Source of the DNA: a bacterium
GTDB lineage: Bacteria > Bdellovibrionota_C > UBA2361 > CALJRW01
Length of the DNA stretch: 64,000 nt
Assembly: GCA_031385045.1 (NCBI GenBank)
Contig: JANNBC010000010.1
Coordinates: 32,001 to 96,000 of the forward strand
Reading direction: 5' to 3'
Made by a program: the position numbers and the translations under genes. Shown one piece after another: positions 18,793 to 28,475 of the stretch. Positions within the stretch are counted from its first letter, which is position 1; the number at the start of each line of letters is the position of its first letter. Under the pieces are notes generated by a model. The model made no database searches. It saw nothing but the letters and a program-made list of their open reading frames with translations, and had not been told where the DNA came from.

Positions 18793-19785
18793 ATGATTTT
18801 TTCATTTTCAACATATTGGTATCTCTACCTAACATTCTTTCTGTTAATTTTTGCCCTACTTTATGTCGACTTAGTTTTCCTTAACAAAAAAGACTCCGTG
18901 ATGTCCATGAAAAAAGCTGGAATCTTAACAGCTTTTTGGGTTTCTTTAGCATTGGTTTTTGGAGCTGCTGTTTATTTCTTCGTTCTTTGGCAACAAGATA
19001 CTTATACGATTGGGAGTAATATTATCCCGTCAGCTGTTTTTGCTAAAACCATTTTCTTTGATTTTGTCACAGCCTATTTAGTGGAAGAGGTGTTATCTGT
19101 TGATAATATGTTTGTCTTTATCCTCTTATTTTCCTTCTTTAAAATAGAGAGTAGGTATCAACATCGTGTATTATTTTATGGGATACTTGGAGCAATTGTT
19201 TTTCGAGCAATTTTTATTTTACTGGCCGCCTATCTGATACACTTCACATGGATTCTCTGGTTCTTTGGAGCTTTTTTATTTTGGACTGGGATTAAGGTCT
19301 TAACTACCAATGAGGATCATAGTCCTACGGAAAGTCCAATTATTAAGTTACTTCAAAAATATCTGCCTTTAACGAAAGAACTTCATGGGGATAGTTTTTT
19401 TATTAAGCAAAATGATAAATGGTTGGCTACTCCATTATTTTTAGCACTGTGTGCTGTAGAGTTATCTGATTTAACTTTTGCTGTTGATTCTATTCCAGCT
19501 GTAGTGGCCATAACTAAAGAGCCGTTTATTATGTATAGCTCCAATATCTTTGCTATTTTGGGGCTCCGTTCCATGTATTTCTTATTAGCAGGACTGATGC
19601 CAATGTTTCATTACTTTAAGTACGGATTGGGAACCATTCTAATTTTCATTGCAATCAAGATGACCTTGATTCACTATTTTGCCCCTGGCTTTCCAAGTTA
19701 TGTTTCCTTGATTGTTATTATAGTGATTTTAGTAAGTAGTCTTGTGGCATCTTTGGTTTTTCCTAAAACTGAAAAATCTTTGTAG
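18793..19785 (+). CDS. TerC/Alx family membrane protein
   Basis: LSVDNMFVF, QHRVLFYGILGAIVFR, ELSDLTFAVDSIPA, SNIFAILGLRSMYF. Confidence 0.93.
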   Translation: MIFSFSTYWYLYLTFFLLIFALLYVDLVFLNKKDSVMSMKKAGILTAFWVSLALVFGAAVYFFVLWQQDTYTIGSNIIPSAVFAKTIFFDFVTAYLVEEVLSVDNMFVFILLFSFFKIESRYQHRVLFYGILGAIVFRAIFILLAAYLIHFTWILWFFGAFLFWTGIKVLTTNEDHSPTESPIIKLLQKYLPLTKELHGDSFFIKQNDKWLATPLFLALCAVELSDLTFAVDSIPAVVAITKEPFIMYSSNIFAILGLRSMYFLLAGLMPMFHYFKYGLGTILIFIAIKMTLIHYFAPGFPSYVSLIVIIVILVSSLVASLVFPKTEKSL

Positions 19786-19789
19786 CGGA

Positions 19790-19819
19790 CTAGGCCAAGC
19801 GCGAGCTCGCTTGGCCTAG
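19790..19819. terminator. GC-rich hairpin between convergent genes; probable bidirectional terminator or REP-like palindrome
   Basis: CTAGGCCAAGCG/CGCTTGGCCTAG 12-bp perfect stem, 4 nt after the TerC stop; no long U-tract. Confidence 0.55.
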
Positions 19820-19833
19820 GTTTACTCTCTGGA

Positions 19834-22020
19834 TTATTTTTTAAGACTGTCGGCATTCTTAATCAATTCTAACATCTCCCGACGGTAGCCTTCTTTGTCT
19901 GCTCCCAAGTTCTTCTCGGCTAATTTTAAAACATCAACATAAGTGTAGTCTCCTAGGAATTGGCTATGTCGAAGAAGCGCGGCAAAGTAACTAGTCGCTG
20001 CGATAAAATTAAAATCAGTACTTGGTTCTTTTTCTGATTTGACAATCGGAAAAGTAAGTAACTCTGATTTATCTCCAGTTGGAGCTTTGAAGCGGACTTT
20101 TAAGAATGCTAATTCCTCACTTAGGTCCTTTTTAGCAATCAAGGCTTCTTTCGATTTAGGCTGATAGCGATATTCTAAATTTAGTTTTTCTGCCAGGGCT
20201 GTGCCAGTTAAAACAACTTCGTACAGTGCTGTCACTGTATGACTTGACCCAATTTCTCCAGCATCAACTTGATCGTTATTAAAATCTTCCTTTTGAAGAA
20301 GGCGATTATCATATCCAATCAAGCGATAATGGGAGACGTGTTCTGGGTTAAATTCAATTTGTAGTTTTACATCTTTTGCCACCACTTCAATGGTTCCAAA
20401 CAAGTCTTGTTCGAAAACTTTTCGGGCTTCACCAAAGCTATCAATATAAAAATAATTTCCATTACCTTTATTTGCCAATTGTTCCATCATGCCTTCGTTA
20501 TAGTTGCCTGTTCCAAAGCCAATCGTAGTAAGCGTAATGTTACTTTTTCTTTTTTCGGAAATTAGATTTACTAATTCTTCCGTACTAGTTGTCCCCACAT
20601 TAAAGTCACCATCAGTAGCAAGGATTACACGATTTACTCCATTAGGGATGTAATATTTACTAGCTAATTGATAAGCTTCTTCAATCCCCGCACTGCCATA
20701 AGTACTACCGCCTGAAGATAGTCCTTCAATCGCTTTTAGAATCTGATCTTTCTCGTTAATGCTAGTGCCTGCTAGCAGTGTACCTGCAGAGCCAGCATAG
20801 GTTACAATCGAGACTTTGTCCGTCGGTCTCATTTTATTAGTTAATAGTGTTAGTGACTGTTTAACTAAGCCAAGTTTATCATCTGCTTGCATTGAACCAG
20901 AAACGTCAATTAAAAAAACTAAATGCCAAGGTTTTTCTTCAATACGCGCGTCTTTTGCTTTTATCCCTAGTTTTAGTAAGAATTTTTCTTTCTCAAGTGG
21001 GGATGGGGCGAATTCATAATTTAAACTAAATGGTTTTTCGTATTGAGCTGGATAGTCATACTTAAAGTAATTAATAAATTCTTCCGCGCGGATTGAATCT
21101 GTTGGGGGCATTTGTCCCATTCGTAAGAAGCGGCGAGTATTAGTGTAACTTCCAGTGTCAACATCAATGCTAAAAGTGGAGATCGCCTCTTGGTGCACAG
21201 CGATTATTGGATTTTCAGTATACTTTGTGTATCTTTCACTGGAGCTAGTCTGTGCCAGTTGATCGTAAGCACCAGCTAGTAGGCCTCCTGATACTTCAGC
21301 AATAGCTTGGCTTGGAACTGGAGCATTCGCTAGATCGGACCGTTCTTTTCTTAAACCTTTTAGATCGTCTTTGTTAGCTGAGATTGAGGCCAGAGCTTGT
21401 TTTGTTCCTTCAAGTTTTATTTCTAACTCTTCTTGTGGCGCATTCGCTCCATCAAGTGGAGCAATTTTGTTTGCTTCTTTTGGCTTGTTACTACCGAGAT
21501 CAAGCTCTTGGCTTAGCTTAGCACGTGGCACTTCTGGAGATAGCATTCTTGATTCAGTCTCCATAGATTTTTTCTGCTCATCAAATGCTTTAGTTTCATT
21601 TTTTGCAACGCGATTTAAATCGTCTTGTTTGTGATTATTTGACGTTGAGAATGAAGCTTGTTTTGTTATGACTTCTGGATTTTCTTGATAGATTTTTAAT
21701 GTGAGTAAGAGCATTGCGGTTGTTGCCACTCCGCTAAAAATTATCTTTTGGGATTTTGTGAATTGCATAATTAATCTCCTAATAAAGGTATGTTGGTATT
21801 CATTGTGAATACTTTCCATAACTTTGACCGAGAAGTTACTATTTAGTTCGAAATTTTTTTGATTAATATTATTTTCAAGATTAATTAATTCTTGATAAGC
21901 TTGAAACTTTTTTGAGAGTTCTGGATTGGCTTTAATGATCGCTAATAATTCCTTGCTTTCTTCGGAGCCCAGACGACCTTCGACTAAATCAATAAACTTG
22001 TTAGTTATTTCGTGCTTCAT
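19834..22020 (-). CDS. Anti-sigma-like N-terminus plus TM, fused to a YfbK-type vWA domain (DUF3520-like C-terminus)
   Basis: STFSIDVDTGSY, MIDAS DVSGSM, ILATDGDFNVG, YRLIGYDNR, DAGEIG; lies 1 nt downstream of the ECF sigma gene. Confidence 0.88.
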   Translation of the reverse strand: MKHEITNKFIDLVEGRLGSEESKELLAIIKANPELSKKFQAYQELINLENNINQKNFELNSNFSVKVMESIHNEYQHTFIRRLIMQFTKSQKIIFSGVATTAMLLLTLKIYQENPEVITKQASFSTSNNHKQDDLNRVAKNETKAFDEQKKSMETESRMLSPEVPRAKLSQELDLGSNKPKEANKIAPLDGANAPQEELEIKLEGTKQALASISANKDDLKGLRKERSDLANAPVPSQAIAEVSGGLLAGAYDQLAQTSSSERYTKYTENPIIAVHQEAISTFSIDVDTGSYTNTRRFLRMGQMPPTDSIRAEEFINYFKYDYPAQYEKPFSLNYEFAPSPLEKEKFLLKLGIKAKDARIEEKPWHLVFLIDVSGSMQADDKLGLVKQSLTLLTNKMRPTDKVSIVTYAGSAGTLLAGTSINEKDQILKAIEGLSSGGSTYGSAGIEEAYQLASKYYIPNGVNRVILATDGDFNVGTTSTEELVNLISEKRKSNITLTTIGFGTGNYNEGMMEQLANKGNGNYFYIDSFGEARKVFEQDLFGTIEVVAKDVKLQIEFNPEHVSHYRLIGYDNRLLQKEDFNNDQVDAGEIGSSHTVTALYEVVLTGTALAEKLNLEYRYQPKSKEALIAKKDLSEELAFLKVRFKAPTGDKSELLTFPIVKSEKEPSTDFNFIAATSYFAALLRHSQFLGDYTYVDVLKLAEKNLGADKEGYRREMLELIKNADSLKK

Positions 22021-22021
22021 T

Positions 22022-22579
22022 TTATTTTTCTCCTCGGGTCATTGGTCGTTCCATACACTCAACTAGTAAAAGTCGAGCGCGATTAATACGAGATCTTACT
22101 GTGCCAATTGGCACTCCACTTAGTTCAGCTACAAATTCATAGCTTTGGCCATCAAGCGCCACTAATACTAGTGCTTCCCTAAATTTATCTTTAAGTTTTG
22201 ACAGGCAGCTATAGAGTTTGCCAAATAACTCTCGATCTAAGGCGATGTCTTCCGGAGATTTTAAATGCTGGATCTCTATTTGGTTTCGACCAGTTTCTGC
22301 TGAGCGTTGATTCTTAAACTCCTTGGAGTGGAAGTAGGCATTAGTGACATTTAAGGCAATTCGAATTAGCCACGTAGAAAACTTAGATTCAAATCGAAAA
22401 GAGCGAATGCCTCGAAAGGCCTTGATGAAAGTTTCTTGAGCTAAATCTTCGGCGATGTCATGTTTTAGGCCCTGCTTGGAAATTATTCGATAGATTAAGT
22501 TTTGATGAAGACTGATTAAATGCCGATATTCCTCAGTCTCGCCACTTTGAACTTTCTTAATTAGTTGATTTTCGTCCAT
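22022..22579 (-). CDS. ECF RNA polymerase sigma factor
   Basis: AEDLAQETFIKAF, FSTWLIRIALN, SYE.VAE..GVPIGTVRSRINRAR. Confidence 0.93.
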   Translation of the reverse strand: MDENQLIKKVQSGETEEYRHLISLHQNLIYRIISKQGLKHDIAEDLAQETFIKAFRGIRSFRFESKFSTWLIRIALNVTNAYFHSKEFKNQRSAETGRNQIEIQHLKSPEDIALDRELFGKLYSCLSKLKDKFREALVLVALDGQSYEFVAELSGVPIGTVRSRINRARLLLVECMERPMTRGEK

Positions 22580-22599
22580 GGTATCTGAATTAAACTGGA

Positions 22600-22669
22600 T
22601 ATACTAAAACCCATTGGGTTTTTCCTAACAGCTTTGTATTTTTGGTAATTTTCAATGTCGCTTAGTATA
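22600..22669. mobile_element. 70-bp MITE-like element with TATACTAA...TTAGTATA ends; short inverted form of 28476-28688
   Basis: Reverse complement matches 28476-28513 joined to 28657-28688 at 67/70 nt. Confidence 0.65.
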
Positions 22670-23054
22670 TTTCTAGCTTTACTTGATTGCTTAGATAGTA
22701 ACAACTTGGAAAAGTTCGAAAAATTATTCGATATTTTTTACGGGGTACTGTGAGTAGAATCCACCGTAGCAGTTTAAGGTTAGCATGTATGCATATTTAT
22801 GAGACTATTAGTAGTTTCGTAAGGTTTAGAAGTATCTCCTGTAAAATCAATAAATTATCCTAATAAATAGATATTAGACATAGAGTGTCTAGCTAGCGCC
22901 TGATTCTAAATCTAATTATTTAATTGGATCAATTTTATAAAATGGATGGACTGTAAGGAAGAAGTTTAAACAGCCAATTAAGATAAAGACCAGAACTCTA
23001 GTGGTTTTTGTTTTCTTATTGTTGTTTGCAGTTATAACTTAACAGCGGGGGTAC

Positions 23055-23534
23055 ATGTTTAACTATAGATCAATTAGAAGTTTTTTTTTGACACTGATCA
23101 GCCTTACATTATTTTCTGTAAGTAGCGTTTTTGCACAGCAGAGTTATGACCCGGCAAATGTTTCGCAGAAAATACCTGCTGCAAATAGTTATAACTATTC
23201 AACGTCGATTTCACAAAGATATAGCTCGTTTCAGCTGACCTTCGGGACAGTTCGTCCGATAGTAGCGCATCGCCCAAATGCTTTAAACTTAGCACTTTTC
23301 GGATATAGACTGGCTACAGATGCTCCTTCTGTGAGAAAGCCGTTTAGTTCACTTCCTGGGCATTTAAGTCTTACTAACACTTTTGCTCAGACTGCACCAA
23401 ATTACACAGTGAATACTTTAGTTACTTTTGATCCTCGCAAATTGGCTACAGGTACTTACTATTTCTACTTTACCTATGGCACACAGGAAGGGGATGAAGA
23501 GAATTATATTTATCAAATAAAGATTACCACTTAG
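23055..23534 (+). CDS. Secreted hypothetical protein, probably beta-rich
   Basis: Signal peptide ending VFA-QQ; Thr/Tyr/Ser-rich; G-rich RBS. Confidence 0.7.
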   Translation: MFNYRSIRSFFLTLISLTLFSVSSVFAQQSYDPANVSQKIPAANSYNYSTSISQRYSSFQLTFGTVRPIVAHRPNALNLALFGYRLATDAPSVRKPFSSLPGHLSLTNTFAQTAPNYTVNTLVTFDPRKLATGTYYFYFTYGTQEGDEENYIYQIKITT

Positions 23535-23663
23535 TTATATTATTAAACTTTTGTGACTAATTTATCCTATATCCTAGTCGATATTAAATAAGGTTCATTC
23601 ATAGCTACATAGGCAAGCAATTAGTCTTCTCGAAATCTAAGACTCAATTACTACTAAGTTTTG

Positions 23664-23839
23664 TATAGTGTCAGTGTTTTTTGTTCGCTTTGCGAACATC
23701 TATTGAGCACTATAGTGTGTGGATGCGTAGAATCCACCGTCGCCACGAGGGTGGTAGGGTTATTAAGTTTTTGTGTGGCTATGGTGGATATAGTGTTAAT
23801 GTTTTTTGTTCGCTTTGCGAACATCTATTGAACACTATA
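23664..23839. repeat. Two direct 51-bp palindromic units (23664-23714, 23789-23839) flanking a 74-bp self-complementary spacer
   Basis: Units are 48/51 identical, each TATAGTG...GTTCGC-TTT-GCGAAC...CACTATA; spacer arms ATCCACCGTCGCCAC and GTGGCTATGGTGGAT. Confidence 0.85.
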
Positions 23840-23864
23840 AATTGAGTGTGTTAATAACAGTGGG

Positions 23865-26036
23865 ATGAAAACACGTCTTACGCTTCCAATTTATTCCTTA
23901 ACCCTATTATTAAGCGCTTTTTTAATTTTTTCGCTGCAGCCGCTCTTTAGTAAAATGATTTTGCCACTTTTGGGGGGTAGTTCGTCTGTTTGGAATACTG
24001 CCATGGTTTTCTTTCAGGCAGTGCTTTTAATGGGTTATGGGTATGCTCATTTAACAACAACTTACTTAAAACCTAAGCAACAGGTGTTGTTGCACATTTT
24101 ATTATTAATACTCTTTACTATTTTTTTACCCTTAACTGTTGGGGTTAATCCCCAGCCCTCGGCAACCCAACCAATGCTTTGGCAATTAGGTTTAATGTTC
24201 TCAGCAATCGGCGGGCCGTTTTTTATTCTTTCCTCAAGCGCACCACTGCTTCAAAAATGGTTTGCCGCAAGTAATCATAAAAGATCGGCAAATCCATACT
24301 TTTTATATGCAGTGAGTAATGTCGGCAGTATGGGTTCTTTGCTGGCCTATCCTTTTTTATTAGAGCCTTTAACTACTCTAACTCAGCAAAGACACCTTTG
24401 GACTTTTGGTTATGTCAGTTTAATTATTTTAACAATTTTTGCTGCTAGTTTTTTTTGGAAGAGTAATAGTCAGTTAGTAGTAAATGTGAATGTAGGTTCG
24501 AAGCCAACGGTAATACAAGTTATCAGTTGGGTTGGTTATTCTTTTATACCATCTAGTTTGATGTTGGGTTTTACAACATTAATCACTACCGATTTAGCTT
24601 CGGCCCCCTTGTTTTGGGTTGTGCCACTGACAATTTATTTAGGGACTTTTATTATCGCTTTTTCAGAGAAGAAATTAATTAGTGATGACTTTTTGAGACG
24701 CTTGGCGGTCTATGCACTTTCATTTGTGGTGTTGTTCTTTATAACAAACTTAGATCTACCTAAGCTCTTTATGGTTGCTGTGTATTTAATAATATTTTTT
24801 ATTACTGCCCAGTATTGTCATTCGCGTTTGGCAGCTAGATCTCCTAGTTTAAAATATTTAACAACATATTATTTCTATATTTCACTTGGTGGTGTTTTAG
24901 GTGGAATTTTTAATGCTCTGATTGCACCTAATTTATTTGTAATTCCAGCAGAGCTTTGCTTGCCATTAATTGCTATTGTCTGGAGTTTGTTAACAAAGGA
25001 AGACTGGAAGAAGTTTAATTCCTTGAAGATTGGATTAAGAATTGCTTTGTTATTAGTTGCCCCAGTATTCTGTGGCTATGCCTTCTGTTCTACGGATCTT
25101 AGTATTCGTTTAGCTAGTGGGTTCCTGATTCTATTTTTTTTAACATTTGCCACAAGGTATTTGGTTGTTTTTGCTTGGACAATTTTCCTATCCTTAATTT
25201 TATTTCCACCAATTGGCTGGAGCTTTAATCAAAGCGTCATTTTTCGTGCTCGTAATTATTTTGGTATTTTAACAGTTAAAGATTTACCAGCAATTAGATC
25301 TTTTACTCATGGCATCACTTTGCATGGGGCTCAGCCAAAGCTAGCGCAATTTAGGTTATCACCAATTACTTATTATAGCTCTTCTGGGCCAATCGGGGAT
25401 GTCTTTCGTTCCTTGGAGCAAAGTGCACTGCCTCAGCAAATTGGAGTTCTTGGCTTAGGTGTGGGAAGTGTTGCTTGCTATCAAAAGCCAGAACGGAGTT
25501 TTGATTTTTATGAGATAGATCCTGAGGTAATTAACATTGCCGAAGATCCAAATTATTTTACTTACCTTAAAGATTGTGGCAGCCCTTATAAAATATTTTT
25601 AGGTGATGCCCGGCTCAAGATTGTGGAGGCCGATTCTCGGAAGTATGATCTAATCTTAGTTGATGCTTTTAGCTCAGATAATATCCCAGTCCATATTATG
25701 ACCAAAGAAGCATTTCAACTCTATCTTGAAAAATTAAAGGATGATGGACTTATTGCTATGAATATTTCTAATCGTTATCTAGATCTGAGACCTGTGCTTG
25801 CAAGTATTGCTAAGGAGCTGGGCTTAGAGATGCGGATTAAGATAGATCGTAAAGATCTCCCTTTGGATCCAGGAATTCCTTATCATAAGAGTATCTACGT
25901 AGTCTTTACTAAGTCAGCAGAACGAATGGCAAAATTTACACCATATTTACAATGGAAACCTTATCAAGGTGATTTGCCACTCGCATGGACAGATGATTAT
26001 GCCAATATTTTAGGAGCGTTTGGGCAGGTTCACTAA
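23865..26036 (+). CDS. Fused membrane domain / spermidine-synthase-like SAM-dependent transferase
   Basis: LPLLGGSSSVWNT..FFQ, NPYFLYAVSN.GS, HGITLHG, GLGVGS, YEIDP, GDAR, DAFSSDNIPVH, WTDDY. Confidence 0.85.
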   Translation: MKTRLTLPIYSLTLLLSAFLIFSLQPLFSKMILPLLGGSSSVWNTAMVFFQAVLLMGYGYAHLTTTYLKPKQQVLLHILLLILFTIFLPLTVGVNPQPSATQPMLWQLGLMFSAIGGPFFILSSSAPLLQKWFAASNHKRSANPYFLYAVSNVGSMGSLLAYPFLLEPLTTLTQQRHLWTFGYVSLIILTIFAASFFWKSNSQLVVNVNVGSKPTVIQVISWVGYSFIPSSLMLGFTTLITTDLASAPLFWVVPLTIYLGTFIIAFSEKKLISDDFLRRLAVYALSFVVLFFITNLDLPKLFMVAVYLIIFFITAQYCHSRLAARSPSLKYLTTYYFYISLGGVLGGIFNALIAPNLFVIPAELCLPLIAIVWSLLTKEDWKKFNSLKIGLRIALLLVAPVFCGYAFCSTDLSIRLASGFLILFFLTFATRYLVVFAWTIFLSLILFPPIGWSFNQSVIFRARNYFGILTVKDLPAIRSFTHGITLHGAQPKLAQFRLSPITYYSSSGPIGDVFRSLEQSALPQQIGVLGLGVGSVACYQKPERSFDFYEIDPEVINIAEDPNYFTYLKDCGSPYKIFLGDARLKIVEADSRKYDLILVDAFSSDNIPVHIMTKEAFQLYLEKLKDDGLIAMNISNRYLDLRPVLASIAKELGLEMRIKIDRKDLPLDPGIPYHKSIYVVFTKSAERMAKFTPYLQWKPYQGDLPLAWTDDYANILGAFGQVH

Positions 26037-27337
26037 GCTTTACTGTGTAAATCTTGGATTAAGGTTTTTGCTAAAGCTATGGTTTCTGGTCGTAGCTCTG
26101 GTACCGCGATACTCTCCCAAAGTGTTCCTTTGCGGAGTGGGCCAATAGTATAAAGATTCGTTACATTTTCTCTGGCGCCAAGAATTCGTCCAACATGATC
26201 TGTCTTAAATCCTAATTTGAGATCATCAATTTGAGCGTAGCCAGAATTTAAGATGCTAGCGATTAGTGGTGATGTTTGAGTAGAAAGACTTTGTGAGCCA
26301 CTGCAATTCATAATTTGATCAGTAATGAGTGAGGTATTATTTTTAAATTTAATAATTGCTTGGCTCTGATCTTTGGTGCTAGTAATTTCTAAAATCCGAC
26401 CTCGCTTAATGATTAGACGACCATCTGATTTTAAAGTTTCTAAGGTGTTAGCAAGTGTTGGTGCTAGTCGATGTCGAGCAACGTCCCAGTAGGGGCGAAG
26501 GTGGCGAATAAATTGTTTTTGAAGAGTGAGATCCCAAGCTTGCCAAGTCTCTTGAGTAATCGGCCTTAAACTATCAATAACAGATCTCCAGTCATTTGTT
26601 CCAATCTGTTGCTTAAAGTGTCTTAGCATTAATAGTGGTGAGCATACTGGCCCATCCCAGTTCATCGGGTGTTGGTTCAGATCGTGGGACATCGGTGTTA
26701 GGCCTCTTCTTGAGACTAAGGTAATTTCTCCTTGGTAATTCTGATTAAAGAGTTCCCAGACGATATCTACTGCAGTTAGCCCGGTCCCAATAATTGTGAT
26801 CTGTTTGTTTTTTAAAAGTGACTGAATTACTCCAGGCTTCCAGGGATCGTTTTGAATGAAATGCTTAGCCGGATTTGAATTAAAGGAGCTTGGTGGAAAG
26901 TTGCCTAGCGCTAAAACTACTAGCTTGCAGTGCAGAGTTTTTGAGGCAAGTTTAACATCCCAAATATTTTGATTTTTGCTAATTGCTAAAGCTTCTCCTT
27001 CAATCAGGTGAGTACCAGCTAGTTGAGACTCGGCAGTAATTTTTTGAAGATAAATTAAATAATCTTGGCGACGTGCAAAGGCCTGATCTTGTAGGGGGCA
27101 ATTTTGGTCTTTAACGAATTTTGAAAAATTTTCTGAGTCGTCGACTAGTGCTGACATTTTCCAGTGAGGCACATTTAAAACAGCGCTACTTGTTGCTTGG
27201 CTATAGGCCAGGCCACCTAAGTGTTTCGCAGGATGAATAATTCCAACTTTCATATTGGGTGCCAAGGTTTTTACGTGGTAACTTAAAAGTATTCCAGAAA
27301 ATCCTCCGCCAATTATGATTAAATCAAATATTTCCAT
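26033..27337 (-). CDS. FAD/NAD(P)-binding oxidoreductase (YdhS-like)
   Basis: IIGGGFSG, GLAY...LNVP..MS, IGTGLTAVD, WDVARHR, GPLRKGTLWESIAVPE. Confidence 0.85.
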   Translation of the reverse strand: MEIFDLIIIGGGFSGILLSYHVKTLAPNMKVGIIHPAKHLGGLAYSQATSSAVLNVPHWKMSALVDDSENFSKFVKDQNCPLQDQAFARRQDYLIYLQKITAESQLAGTHLIEGEALAISKNQNIWDVKLASKTLHCKLVVLALGNFPPSSFNSNPAKHFIQNDPWKPGVIQSLLKNKQITIIGTGLTAVDIVWELFNQNYQGEITLVSRRGLTPMSHDLNQHPMNWDGPVCSPLLMLRHFKQQIGTNDWRSVIDSLRPITQETWQAWDLTLQKQFIRHLRPYWDVARHRLAPTLANTLETLKSDGRLIIKRGRILEITSTKDQSQAIIKFKNNTSLITDQIMNCSGSQSLSTQTSPLIASILNSGYAQIDDLKLGFKTDHVGRILGARENVTNLYTIGPLRKGTLWESIAVPELRPETIALAKTLIQDLHSKA

Positions 27338-27345
27338 GGTTCAGC

Positions 27346-27888
27346 CTAAGCTAAGATCGTTTCTTCCGCACCGTATACTTGCATATTTTTTAGTGGTGGA
27401 GAATATAAATGTAATGTAACTAAGCGCTCTGGCTCTGTGTTTGCGACTAAATGCACATCATCATCAATTGAAGAGACGACAGAATGCTTGGGAATAGTTT
27501 CCGATATCCTTGGAATATATTTACCACAGTTTGTTTTAGTAAATTTAATTTCTAAGCCTTGGCCTTCTAGGACCTTAATGCAGCAAACAGATCCCTGATG
27601 GTCGTGAATTCGACTAGCTTGTCCAGGCTTCCAAGTAAGGACTAGCAACTCCATGTTTTTGCCTAGGAAGAGTCGATTGCGACTGTAGTGTGTCTCGTTT
27701 TCTTCAGCAAAGATTGAATAGTCTTTTGGGGAAATGGAGGTGTCATTTAAAAAGTGATATGCTTCGTCCATGCTTAGTGGCCCTAGCTCATCACGGGCAA
27801 CTAGGTGAAGAATTAGTCTGGAGAGAGATGGGATTGAATCGAGCGGTCTGTCATTCACTTCAGTCTGCTGGGATAAAAAATTAATCAT
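27346..27888 (-). CDS. Cysteine dioxygenase family cupin
   Basis: YSRN, LTWKPGQASRIHDH, VHLV.N, TLHLYSPP; ATG at 27888 preferred. Confidence 0.88.
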   Translation of the reverse strand: MINFLSQQTEVNDRPLDSIPSLSRLILHLVARDELGPLSMDEAYHFLNDTSISPKDYSIFAEENETHYSRNRLFLGKNMELLVLTWKPGQASRIHDHQGSVCCIKVLEGQGLEIKFTKTNCGKYIPRISETIPKHSVVSSIDDDVHLVANTEPERLVTLHLYSPPLKNMQVYGAEETILA

Positions 27889-27909
27889 GACTAACTTAGT
27901 ATTATTTAT

Positions 27910-27934
27910 TTTTACTTTCGTCAAGATAGTAAAA
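27910..27934. promoter_or_regulatory. Putative operator palindrome overlapping a TTGAC -35-like hexamer upstream of the CDO gene
   Basis: TTTTACTTTC-GTCAA-GATAGTAAAA; arms 9/10 complementary; the centre reads TTGAC on the minus strand. Confidence 0.35.
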
Positions 27935-27992
27935 TTTATTGATTGAATCAATTTCTCAATCTTTTAAGTAATCGATTAGTTTTTATTAATAA

Positions 27993-28388
27993 CTAAAGCA
28001 GGTCAGCAATTGTCTTTTTTTCAAGAATCTCAGCTAGTTGATTGCGGATATCTTTAAATACCTTGAGTGCTTTCTTATTTTTTTCTAGGGGGGTACTGAC
28101 ATAGTGAAACTTACTTACGGAGCTAGATGGCGCTAGCATTTCATCGAAAATTCTAATAATTTCTGCTAGGGTAATAGTATTTGCTGGTCTAGCTAGCAGG
28201 AAGCCTCCTCCACGGCCAAGAACAGATGTAAGAATTTTATTTTTTTTTAGTTCGGAAAAAATTTGTTGTAAGAAAAAAGCTGAAGTACCGGAATACTCGG
28301 CTAGTTGAGTAACAGAGCAGGAATGATTGATGCGTGCTAGTTCAGTTAAGGCAATAATTGCATATTCGGATTTAAAAGATAATCTCAT
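27993..28388 (-). CDS. Rrf2 family transcriptional regulator, lacking the C-terminal Cys triad (CymR-like)
   Basis: MRLSFKSEYAIIAL, FLQQIFSELK, GRGGGFLLARPA..ITLAEIIR. Confidence 0.9.
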   Translation of the reverse strand: MRLSFKSEYAIIALTELARINHSCSVTQLAEYSGTSAFFLQQIFSELKKNKILTSVLGRGGGFLLARPANTITLAEIIRIFDEMLAPSSSVSKFHYVSTPLEKNKKALKVFKDIRNQLAEILEKKTIADLL

Positions 28389-28475
28389 CGAAGGTTATAT
28401 ATACAAAAATTAAAACTTAATTTAATTTACTTAAAAATACGCTTAACTACTAGGCTTAATTTTTGTTTTTGAAGT

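Noticed and set aside
23664..23839. Possible mini CRISPR array
   Set aside because: Only two repeats; repeat (51 bp) and spacer (74 bp) are too long, the spacer is itself palindromic, and there are no cas genes.
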